A stretch of DNA of 64,000 bases from an uncultured Spirochaetales bacterium (GTDB taxonomy: Bacteria > Spirochaetota > Spirochaetia > DAHUYW01). The first letter of the stretch is position 1, and each line of letters begins with the position of its first letter. The stretch lies in assembly GCA_964506755.1 (NCBI GenBank), contig CAZDMH010000006.1:31521-95520 (forward strand). The letters are read 5' to 3'. Positions 9,361-17,509 of the stretch are shown piece by piece. Made by a program: the position numbers and the translations under genes. Below the pieces are notes generated by a model that had not been told where the DNA came from, ran no database searches, and saw only the letters and a program-made list of their open reading frames with translations.

Positions 9361-10668
9361 TCAACCCCCCGCAAAGGTTTGAACAAGCAAATAGACGTTC
9401 AGCGCGAGTATGAGCGCCGCCACGATCGAAGAAACGATGGTCGTTGCACTCCGGCTGACAAGGACCCCCATTATGTCCTTGCGCGCCGTAAAGATGATTA
9501 GCGGCAGTATGGCAAAGGGAAGAGCAAAGCTCAAGATCACCTGACTGATTACGAGGGTTCGGGTCGGATCGAGGCCGATCGCGATGACCACTAGCGAAGG
9601 CACCATGGTCACGCCGCGTCTGACCCACACCGAGATCTTCTTGTTTATGAAACCTTGCATGACCACCTGCCCTGCGCTCGTCCCGACCGTGGAGGAGGAG
9701 AGACCCGATGCAAGCAGAGATATCCCGAAGATAACCCGGGCGGCAGATCCGAGAAGCGGCTCGAGCGTCTTTGAAGCGTCCTCTATGGTTGCGATCTGCG
9801 TCAGCCCATGGCGATGGAATGTCGCAGCGGCCATGATGAGCATCGCAGCATTTACGAGCCCTGCTATGCCCATGGCGATGATGACGTCGACGATCTCGTA
9901 GCGAAACAGCCGCTTTAACCGAGAGGGGTCCCGAACGACGATCCTCCCCTGCATCAATGCGGAATGAAGAAAGATAACGTGAGGCATGACCGTAGCCCCA
10001 ACGATTCCTGTGGCAAGCACGATGCTGTCAGGGCCTGAGAAATTGGGCAGAAGCCCCGTGACTGCGAGCTCGTGCCAATCAGGACGATCGAGCACAGTCT
10101 CGATGAGATAGCTTACTGCGATGATACCGACCATCGAGGTGATTATCGCCTCGATTTTTCGGAATCCATATTGCTCGAGAGCAAGGATCAGCGTGGTGGC
10201 AATCCCGGTCAGAAGACCGCCTACGAAGAGCGGAAAGCCGAAGATGAGGTTGAAACCGATAGCCGCCCCGAGGAACTCCGCGAGATCGGTGGCGATCGCC
10301 ATGATCTCCATGATGACCCACATGACGTAGACCACGGAGCGTGGGAAGCGTTCACGGCAGTGCTCTGCGAGGTTCTTCCCGGTGGCGATGCCCAATTTGG
10401 CCGAGAGCGTCTGAATGAGCATCGCCATGAGATTGCTCGCAAGTATCACCCAGACCAGAGTGTATCCGAACTCCGAACCCGCCTGGATGTTCGTGGCGAA
10501 ATTACCAGGGTCGATGTAGGCCACACAGGCGATGAAGGCCGGCCCGAGAAACGGCATGAGGCGCTTGAAGGGGTTGCGTTGCTCCGTTCCGGCAAGCGCG
10601 TCGCGTGCGGCGGCGATCGTCCCGGAGTCGCCGCTGCTCTTGCTGGTTACATCCTGGAAGTCATCCAC
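9361..10668 (-). CDS. mntH: NRAMP-family divalent metal (Mn2+/Fe2+) transporter
   Basis: 435 aa and ~11 TM segments. Signature GPAFIACVAYIDPGNFATNIQAGSEFGY (DPGN motif) and MPH motif region. Confidence 0.9.
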   Translation of the reverse strand: MDDFQDVTSKSSGDSGTIAAARDALAGTEQRNPFKRLMPFLGPAFIACVAYIDPGNFATNIQAGSEFGYTLVWVILASNLMAMLIQTLSAKLGIATGKNLAEHCRERFPRSVVYVMWVIMEIMAIATDLAEFLGAAIGFNLIFGFPLFVGGLLTGIATTLILALEQYGFRKIEAIITSMVGIIAVSYLIETVLDRPDWHELAVTGLLPNFSGPDSIVLATGIVGATVMPHVIFLHSALMQGRIVVRDPSRLKRLFRYEIVDVIIAMGIAGLVNAAMLIMAAATFHRHGLTQIATIEDASKTLEPLLGSAARVIFGISLLASGLSSSTVGTSAGQVVMQGFINKKISVWVRRGVTMVPSLVVIAIGLDPTRTLVISQVILSFALPFAILPLIIFTARKDIMGVLVSRSATTIVSSIVAALILALNVYLLVQTFAGG

Positions 10669-10679
10669 GTGATCTCCTC

Positions 10680-11357
10680 CTATTCCCGGTATTCTGTCTC
10701 GTTCTCACAGACGTTCACGATCAGCTGCCCTGCCGAGTTCTGACCGAGGGTATGCTGCAACTTTCCGACCGAGATTGTTATCAACCCGTCAACGGGCTCG
10801 ATCGATTTGACGACGACACGAGTGCCCAGACTGAGGCCGAGCTCGTCCAAGCGCTCGAGCAGACGCGGATCGCGGTCGTTCACCTCGATGATCTCGGCGC
10901 TCTCTCCGGGTTTCAGGCTGGTGAGTCGGACGCGGCCGTTATCCATTACGGTTCCTTCCCGCGAGGGTATCGGGGAGCCGTGGGGATCGGTAAGCGGATG
11001 ATCGAGCATCTCGTCGATTCGGTCCTCGAGGTACTCCGAGATGACATGCTCGAGGCGCTCCGCCTCGACGTGTACACGGTCCCACGGGACTCCGAGTGCC
11101 TCGGCGAGGTAGGTTTCAAGGAGGCGATGGTGACGAATGGTCTCGAGGGCGATGAGCCTTCCCGCCTCGGTAAGAGTTGCTCCTCGATACGGTGAGTAAT
11201 AGACCAACTCGAGGCCCGCGAGTTTCTTCAGCTGACCGGTCACCGTCGCCGCCGAGAAGCCGAGGCGGTCTGCGAGTAGGGTCGTCGTCGCGTGTTCGCG
11301 GTCCAGCTCGAGCATATATATCTCTTTCAGGTAGTCTTGATCGGTGTCCGTCGTCAT
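10680..11357 (-). CDS. DtxR/MntR-family metal-dependent transcriptional repressor with C-terminal FeoA/SH3-like domain
   Basis: 225 aa with an N-terminal winged-HTH DtxR domain (…LGFSAATVTGQLKKLAG…) and metal-site helices (…RHHRLLETYL…), plus a C-terminal FeoA-like domain. It lies immediately upstream of mntH. Confidence 0.9.
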   Translation of the reverse strand: MTTDTDQDYLKEIYMLELDREHATTTLLADRLGFSAATVTGQLKKLAGLELVYYSPYRGATLTEAGRLIALETIRHHRLLETYLAEALGVPWDRVHVEAERLEHVISEYLEDRIDEMLDHPLTDPHGSPIPSREGTVMDNGRVRLTSLKPGESAEIIEVNDRDPRLLERLDELGLSLGTRVVVKSIEPVDGLITISVGKLQHTLGQNSAGQLIVNVCENETEYRE

Positions 11358-11385
11358 CTGTGTCCCTCATCTGACCCGAGGTTTT

Positions 11386-11398
11386 TGGTTAACCTAAA
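11386..11398. promoter_or_regulatory. DtxR/MntR-type palindromic operator (TTGGTTAACCTAA, core GGTTAACC)
   Basis: A perfect 8-bp palindrome flanked by TTA/TAA-type arms. It resembles the DtxR box half-sites (TTAGGTTAG/CCTAACCTAA) and sits between the predicted -10 and the start codon of the DtxR-family gene. Confidence 0.5.
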
Positions 11399-11404
11399 TA
11401 TAAA

Positions 11405-11440
11405 GTAGTATATAGTGAAGAAATTGATTTCTGTCAATCG
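11405..11440 (-). promoter_or_regulatory. sigma70-like promoter for the DtxR-family/mntH/usp operon (TTGACA-18-TATATA on the minus strand)
   Basis: In a ~115-bp AT-rich island (11358-11474) within a 60% GC genome. The -35 hexamer reads TTGACA on the minus strand (11433-11438), with TATATA/TATACT about 17-18 nt downstream. Confidence 0.4.
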
Positions 11441-11474
11441 AAAAAATAATCGAAAACTGTCTCGAAAAACGCCG

Positions 11475-14400
11475 CTATTGATCGTACCAATCGGAGCCGA
11501 ATAGCCGCCCCGCGGTGAGATCACGGGCGGCCCGGCTCTCTGTCGTTCTCGGGCTCGAGGCGGTCGTGCCGGCGGTTGTGCCGCCGAACAGCGGGTAGCG
11601 CATGGCAAGAGCGGGGTCGATCTTGCTCATTCGCTCGAAGGTGCGACGAGCGTCCGACTCCTTTCCAGCCTGAACGTAGCTGAATGCAAGACGAACAAGG
11701 ACATGAGCGTTGTCCGGATCGATGCGACCGGCCTTCTGCAGATACTCCTGGGCTTTGCCGTACTGCTTCTGCAGGCTGCAGACGTTCGCGGCGTTTATCA
11801 GCGCGGGCAGATACTCTGTCGAGGAGAGCACCTTCTCGAACGTAGTGAGCGCCTTCTCAAAGAGACCGAACTGGGCGTAGAGGATTCCGAGCTGGTTTTC
11901 TCGGGCCGGGGAGGGAGACAGCGAGAGCGATGCAATGATCGCTTTCTCTCGAGGGACGAGGGCCGACCGGCGGTAGTCCGCCAAATCGGATTCATAAAGC
12001 GACCTCACCCGCTCGCGTTCAGGTATCGGAGTCGAAATGGCGGGACTATAACCCGCCGGTGGATAGAGCCTCCATGCCTCCTTGGTCGTGAACAACTGGG
12101 CAAGCCCGCGCGCGTTTGCCTCCCTCCATTCGACCGCTGCCGTCCGCCACGCCTTCGTGAACCCCTGGTCGACGACGGTCGTCTCGACGGGAATCCATGC
12201 CGTGCCGTCGCGTGAGATAAAATCCTCCGGGGAGGTGAAAAGGCGGGCGGCGAGCTCCGCGGGGACTCCTGAATCGAACGCAGTGAAGATGTGTCCCGGT
12301 GTGGTGATGTAGGCAGTCGAGACGCCGACCGATTCGAGAAGGCTGTTGTAGAGAACTGAAAGATCGTCGCAGTCGCCTGACCTGCTATCGAGGGTTTCGA
12401 CTGGGAAGCGAACGAAATCGATTGAAGAGTTGTCGCGGGAGAGCGATTCGTAGGCGCTCGAGGGATCGACCACATATCGAACCCCCGCTGCGCGCATGGC
12501 AGAGAAAAGCCGGGCCGCCGAGAGAAAGCTCTGCGGGAGGAGGCTCGTCGGGATGTCATCCACCATCCCAATGACCTGACCGCTGAACCGCAGCAATGCA
12601 GGGTCGGTGGTCGTCATGAACGAACCGATCTTTCGATCGTCCGTCCACCGAATTGCGTTTCGATTGAGGATCCCAACTGGCCTGCTGGTCATCGACTGAT
12701 AGACCTTGCCGGCGGCCGTATACGTGACGGTGATCTGGGCCTCACCGGTTGTGCTTTCGCCGCGATCCAGCAGCGAGGAGTCGAACAGGGCTCGAATATT
12801 GATTGACACCGACTGACCGACTCCGAGGGCCGGTGGAAGCTCCGCCGGGCTCGGAGCCTGCATCAATCCGGGAACAAAAAGCGTGAGCGACGGTTCGGTA
12901 AGAACAGTCGGTCCGATGTTCTGCAGAGTAACCGTACCGAGTGCGTGGTCGGCGTAATAGCGGTAGTGAGCCGGAAAGACGCCGCCGATTTCCAGGTCGC
13001 GAAGCAGAAGGCTTGGACCCGCGCCCACGCTCGGCACATGGACGCCGTAGCGGTCGAGCTTCTCACCGGTGAATGGATTCTCAGAGAGAGCCACGGGATA
13101 TGTATCTGTCGCCGATGGGATCGAGATGCGAAAATCGCTGTAGCCTATTCCTGCCGGAGAGTCGACCCGGGTAGCGATAATCCGCGCCTCATGCCAATTG
13201 CGGTACAGAGCTCGGGCGGCGTCGCGCTCGAGCCTGACGCTGGCATCGGTATCCATGAACCGAACGGAGTAGGTCTTCGAGTCTATGTCGTATGCACCTT
13301 GCGTCTCGAGGGGGACGGCAACCGCATACTCTGCTCCGGACTGCGGCAAACGGCGGCCTCGGTAGTGCCGCTCAGTCGCTCGGCCAAGGAGGGACACGAT
13401 CGACGTGCGAAGCCTGCCCCTCCGCGCGGTGTATTCGCTTTCCGTTTCAAACATATCCCGCGGGGCGGTCAGCGCAGGATCGACGGAGGCGAGGATCTGC
13501 CCGGCCAACGCGTCGTCGAGGAAGCTGCGTTGAGCACCCGACACCCTACCGTTTATCGCCGACAGCAGCAGACCGAGAGGTGAGGATCCCACTCCCTTGG
13601 TCGACCAGAGACCGAGGCCGTTGGATTCACTTCGTCCCGTGATTGCAAGCTTCGTGCCGTCGGCCGAAAACGCCATGTCGCGTATGTTTCCATGATGCGG
13701 GGTGAAGGTCGCCACCGGACGCCAGGTGCCGTCTGCGATCCTCCACACCCGTACGTCGCGGGTGTGGCCGGTCAACAGGAACCTGCCGTCGGGCGAGAAC
13801 CGGACTGAATGGACCGGACCCAGCTCGATGTTCCCGACGATCTGTGCCGGCAGAAAGCCGGCGCCCTTCGACCTGCCGTCCCAACCTTTCCCCGGCTTGC
13901 CCGCGCCTGTTGAGTCTTGTCGCCAAATCCGAAGCGTATCCGCGTACCCGGCAGCGAGCCATTTGCCGTCTGGAGAAAAGGCTATTTGCTCGTACTCTCG
14001 GGAGAGGTTTCGCTCCCCGTTGGTGTAGCTGTAGCTCTCTTCGAGTCGGTTGCCCTCAACACTGTAGACTACGACACTTCGCTCCATCTGCTCGCTTTGG
14101 GCCACGGCCACTTGCCGTCCGTCGGGCGAGAAGGAGATTGAAGAGATCGCGGGACCGTAGCCGGTGTACCGGAAGACCGGAGTGAAGCTCCTGCCGTCTC
14201 GTCGCCACAGGAACAGCTCATCGTGCGTCGCGGAAACGAGATGCTCTCCGTCGAGGCTGAGTGCGAGGCTGACCACGGTGGCGTCATGGTCGGTGAGCAC
14301 CACCAGTGGCGCGCCGTTTTTGGGGTTGACGAGTGCGATATCGTTGTCGGTGCGGAACGCGGGGAAGATCAGAAAGGACTCGTCAGGCGCGAACTGGAGG

Positions 14401-14690
14401 ATCGAGGCGTTGCGGAATGTGCCGCCCCAGTAAACTGGCTGCTTGTGTTTCCAGAGGAGCTCCCAGCTCTCGTCGAGCACACGAACGGAGTTCCCTTCGC
14501 TCCAATCAGCAAGCGCTACGAAGCTTCCGAACCGGGAGAGCTCGACATCGACGCCCTGATCTGCCGACGGTACGAAACGGATCTGGTTCGCTTCGAAGTC
14601 CTCGCCGGCGGCGCATGGCGCCAAACCCCATCCGAACGCGAGGAAAGCAACGATCGCGACGATCCCCCCCTTTCGAACCATCGGATTCAC
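11475..14690 (-). CDS. exported WD40 beta-propeller / transglutaminase-like cysteine-protease-core / TPR multi-domain protein
   Basis: 1071 aa with a signal peptide. Repeated ...FSPDG... WD40 blades sit in the N-terminal ~330 aa. The central Cys/His/acid triad reads GDCDDLSVLY...TPGHIF...WIPVETT (transglutaminase-like fold). TPR helices lie at the C-terminus. The annotated start is GTG, and an in-frame ATG lies 3 codons in. Confidence 0.8.
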   Translation of the reverse strand: MNPMVRKGGIVAIVAFLAFGWGLAPCAAGEDFEANQIRFVPSADQGVDVELSRFGSFVALADWSEGNSVRVLDESWELLWKHKQPVYWGGTFRNASILQFAPDESFLIFPAFRTDNDIALVNPKNGAPLVVLTDHDATVVSLALSLDGEHLVSATHDELFLWRRDGRSFTPVFRYTGYGPAISSISFSPDGRQVAVAQSEQMERSVVVYSVEGNRLEESYSYTNGERNLSREYEQIAFSPDGKWLAAGYADTLRIWRQDSTGAGKPGKGWDGRSKGAGFLPAQIVGNIELGPVHSVRFSPDGRFLLTGHTRDVRVWRIADGTWRPVATFTPHHGNIRDMAFSADGTKLAITGRSESNGLGLWSTKGVGSSPLGLLLSAINGRVSGAQRSFLDDALAGQILASVDPALTAPRDMFETESEYTARRGRLRTSIVSLLGRATERHYRGRRLPQSGAEYAVAVPLETQGAYDIDSKTYSVRFMDTDASVRLERDAARALYRNWHEARIIATRVDSPAGIGYSDFRISIPSATDTYPVALSENPFTGEKLDRYGVHVPSVGAGPSLLLRDLEIGGVFPAHYRYYADHALGTVTLQNIGPTVLTEPSLTLFVPGLMQAPSPAELPPALGVGQSVSINIRALFDSSLLDRGESTTGEAQITVTYTAAGKVYQSMTSRPVGILNRNAIRWTDDRKIGSFMTTTDPALLRFSGQVIGMVDDIPTSLLPQSFLSAARLFSAMRAAGVRYVVDPSSAYESLSRDNSSIDFVRFPVETLDSRSGDCDDLSVLYNSLLESVGVSTAYITTPGHIFTAFDSGVPAELAARLFTSPEDFISRDGTAWIPVETTVVDQGFTKAWRTAAVEWREANARGLAQLFTTKEAWRLYPPAGYSPAISTPIPERERVRSLYESDLADYRRSALVPREKAIIASLSLSPSPARENQLGILYAQFGLFEKALTTFEKVLSSTEYLPALINAANVCSLQKQYGKAQEYLQKAGRIDPDNAHVLVRLAFSYVQAGKESDARRTFERMSKIDPALAMRYPLFGGTTAGTTASSPRTTESRAARDLTAGRLFGSDWYDQ

Positions 14691-14751
14691 CCGGGTGCAT
14701 TATACCACACCTCTCCGGTCGGCGTGAGGACAGGGACGAGTAGAGGTATTT

Positions 14752-17505
14752 CTACTGTCCGTACAGGAGGTCGACGACCTTGAGCCCCGCGGAACCGTCG
14801 GTAACGTAGGCGTATCTACCCGAGACCGCAACGTCGCCGGCGCCGTAGTCGACAGGAACCGTGCGGGCGATCGCGGACGCAACGGGACTGCTCAAGTCGA
14901 CGATCTGGAGTCCTGCGGTCCAGTCAGCGACGACTGCATAGCCTCCCGCCACCGAGACTGCGTGTGCGTCCCCATCTGTGTTCACCGTTTGCGGGCTGCC
15001 CAAAGATGAGGGATCGGAAGCATCGGCGAACTTGAGGCCTGTCGTCCCGTCGGCCACGTAGACATAGTCGTCGGCTACTGCTACCCCGCGCGTCACATTC
15101 CCTGTCGCGAGAGTACCCACTGAAACCGGAGATCGCGGGTTGGAGACATCGAAGACCTCGAGCCCGGAGTATCCCTCCACGACGAATGCGTAGTGTCCTG
15201 AAACGAATACATCCTCGGCGGCGCCGATTGTCAAGGCCGTTCCGAGCACGCTCGGTGCAGTTGGATCGGAGATGTCCACAGCCAGAAGCCCGCCGACGCC
15301 CATTCCGACGTAGGCGTAGTCTCCGAAGACGTCGATACCCTTGGATTCGCCGGGAGTATAGAGCGTCTTCACCAGTGTTGCCTCCATCGGCGACGAGACG
15401 TCGACTATGTAGACGGTACCGGCCTGGCTCGCCACGTAGACGTAATCGCCGGACAGAGCAATCCCGTAGGAGAGTCCCGGTATCGAGACAGTTCGGATCG
15501 AATGGGGATGGGCCGGATCAGATACATCGACGACCTCCAGGGTGTCCCAGTCGGTAACGAATGCATAGTCCTCCGACGTCTTGACGAAGTTGGCGTAGGT
15601 ATAGCCAGGATCGGATCCGACAACCTCCGCCTCGATCGGAGCGTTGGTATCGAGGATGCTGAGAAAACCGGCGACGAGGGACACGTAGACAAACTCGCCG
15701 TCAATCGCAACGTCGGAGGCACTTCCGCCAATACTCATCACGGGAACGGCCACAGCCGGCGAAACGGGATTCGAGACGTCGATGATCTCGACGCCATTCG
15801 TACCCTCCGTGACGTAGGCTCGACTCCCTGCAACCGATACGCGAGAGGCATTCGCCGTCGTCGGAGCGGTACCTCTCAGAACTGCGGACTCGGGAATCGA
15901 AATGTCGATGACACACAGTCCCGATGCCCCGTTCGTCACGTAGGCATAGCCGTCTGAGAGCGCGATGTCCCATGCGTTTCCGACTTTGACCGTCCTAACA
16001 ACGGCAGCGGAGGCAATGGGCGATATCTTGACGATGTCGAGGTCGGCGCCATTCGTCACGTAGGCGTAGTTGCCGGATATTTTGATCGAGTAGGCGTATC
16101 CGGAGGAGGTCGTCACGGTCTTTACCACCGACGCAGTCTGGGGAGTGGAGAAGTCAATGACCTGCAGCCCCCCTGAGTGGGCGGCCGCGAAGGCGTAGTT
16201 GCCCTGGATGGCCACGTCACGAGCCCCCTTTGCAGTTGACACATCCCGGACCACCGCAGAGGAGGAGGGAAGAGTCATATCGATGATCCGTACCCCGCCC
16301 GTGGATCCGTCGACAATGTCAGCGTACGTCATGAAGAGGTAATTGCCGGCGGCCGTCACTACGTTTGCGTAGTTGTTTTCGGGTGCGGGAAACCACTGCA
16401 CGACGGAGGCGGAGGTCGGGTTCGAGACGTCGAGAACCTGAACGCCCTGATTGAAAACCGAGACATAAGCGCGAGCTCCGGATACCGAGACCGACTGTGC
16501 CGATGCCGATGTAGCGACAGTACGAACTATCCTGCCGCCGTTGAACGGAGAGGCTGCACCGTGGCTGGGGGCACTGAACAGCGAACCTTCAAGTGCCGGA
16601 CGTACCTTGTAGAAGTATCCGGCGCCGTCAGTTGCGCGCGCGTCGAGATACTCATTCATGGAGCGGGGCGCAGCGATAAGACTGTATGGTCCCGCCCGGT
16701 CGCTGCTTCGCCATACCTCGAAGTCGGAAGTTGCCGCAATCTGCGGCCACTTCAGTCGAATGGCCTTTCCTTCGGGAAACAGGCGAGGAGCGAGCGTACC
16801 CGAAGACAAGGGTATGGCCCGCACGATACCGGACCAGTCCTCCTCACCATTCGACGAGCGAGCCCTCAAGAGAAACACGTGCATGTTCCCGTTCGTGAGC
16901 CCGGAGAGCACCTGAGGAGAGGCAACGTCGAGAAGGGCAGAGCCATAGTAGGTCGCGGAGGGAATTGAGCCGTCGGTAGTGTAGAAGATGTCATAGCTTT
17001 CAGCCAGGGGAACGGCATTCCACTTGAGCGTGACTTCATGGTTTCCGGGGACGACTTGAAAAGACGGGATTGCACCGGCGTCGATTAGAGATATTGTTGC
17101 CGATCCCGTGTTCCCGTTCTTGTCCTTCGCCGTCACGCGAATCGACAAGCTCCCCGAGAGCCCGGCGGTCGGAAACTGAAACGTGAACTTGCCGTCGATA
17201 TCGACGCCGATTGGCCCCGTCAACGATGTCGCGAGCACCTCGTAGTTGACGGTCGCAATTGCCCCCTTGTCGCCGTTCGCCGTTGTAGCGTCCGAAATCA
17301 CGCCGTTCACGATTACCGTCGAGGAATAGGAACTGCCATCCTCAGGCGAGACTATCGAAATCGTGGGCGCCAGCTTGTCCTTGGCCTGCAGGACCATGTC
17401 CAGGCCCATTGGCATCGGGCATGCGATCAGGAGCGCCGCTGAGGCGAGCGTCACGACGATGAAAGCGAATTGCAGGCCTATCATCCTTCTTCGATCGTTT
17501 TTCAT
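14752..17505 (-). CDS. LVIVD-repeat beta-propeller lipoprotein with N-terminal Ig-like and FN3-like domains
   Basis: The ATG at 17503-17505 (MKNDRRRMIGLQFAFIVVTLASAALLIAC, lipobox) has a GGAGGAG RBS and lies 4 nt after the upstream stop. The ORF extends to 17664. About 14 repeats of G.YA.V..G..GL.VVD.S.P..P..V..V are present (LVIVD family). Confidence 0.8.
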   Translation of the reverse strand: MKNDRRRMIGLQFAFIVVTLASAALLIACPMPMGLDMVLQAKDKLAPTISIVSPEDGSSYSSTVIVNGVISDATTANGDKGAIATVNYEVLATSLTGPIGVDIDGKFTFQFPTAGLSGSLSIRVTAKDKNGNTGSATISLIDAGAIPSFQVVPGNHEVTLKWNAVPLAESYDIFYTTDGSIPSATYYGSALLDVASPQVLSGLTNGNMHVFLLRARSSNGEEDWSGIVRAIPLSSGTLAPRLFPEGKAIRLKWPQIAATSDFEVWRSSDRAGPYSLIAAPRSMNEYLDARATDGAGYFYKVRPALEGSLFSAPSHGAASPFNGGRIVRTVATSASAQSVSVSGARAYVSVFNQGVQVLDVSNPTSASVVQWFPAPENNYANVVTAAGNYLFMTYADIVDGSTGGVRIIDMTLPSSSAVVRDVSTAKGARDVAIQGNYAFAAAHSGGLQVIDFSTPQTASVVKTVTTSSGYAYSIKISGNYAYVTNGADLDIVKISPIASAAVVRTVKVGNAWDIALSDGYAYVTNGASGLCVIDISIPESAVLRGTAPTTANASRVSVAGSRAYVTEGTNGVEIIDVSNPVSPAVAVPVMSIGGSASDVAIDGEFVYVSLVAGFLSILDTNAPIEAEVVGSDPGYTYANFVKTSEDYAFVTDWDTLEVVDVSDPAHPHSIRTVSIPGLSYGIALSGDYVYVASQAGTVYIVDVSSPMEATLVKTLYTPGESKGIDVFGDYAYVGMGVGGLLAVDISDPTAPSVLGTALTIGAAEDVFVSGHYAFVVEGYSGLEVFDVSNPRSPVSVGTLATGNVTRGVAVADDYVYVADGTTGLKFADASDPSSLGSPQTVNTDGDAHAVSVAGGYAVVADWTAGLQIVDLSSPVASAIARTVPVDYGAGDVAVSGRYAYVTDGSAGLKVVDLLYGQ

Positions 17506-17509
17506 CTGC

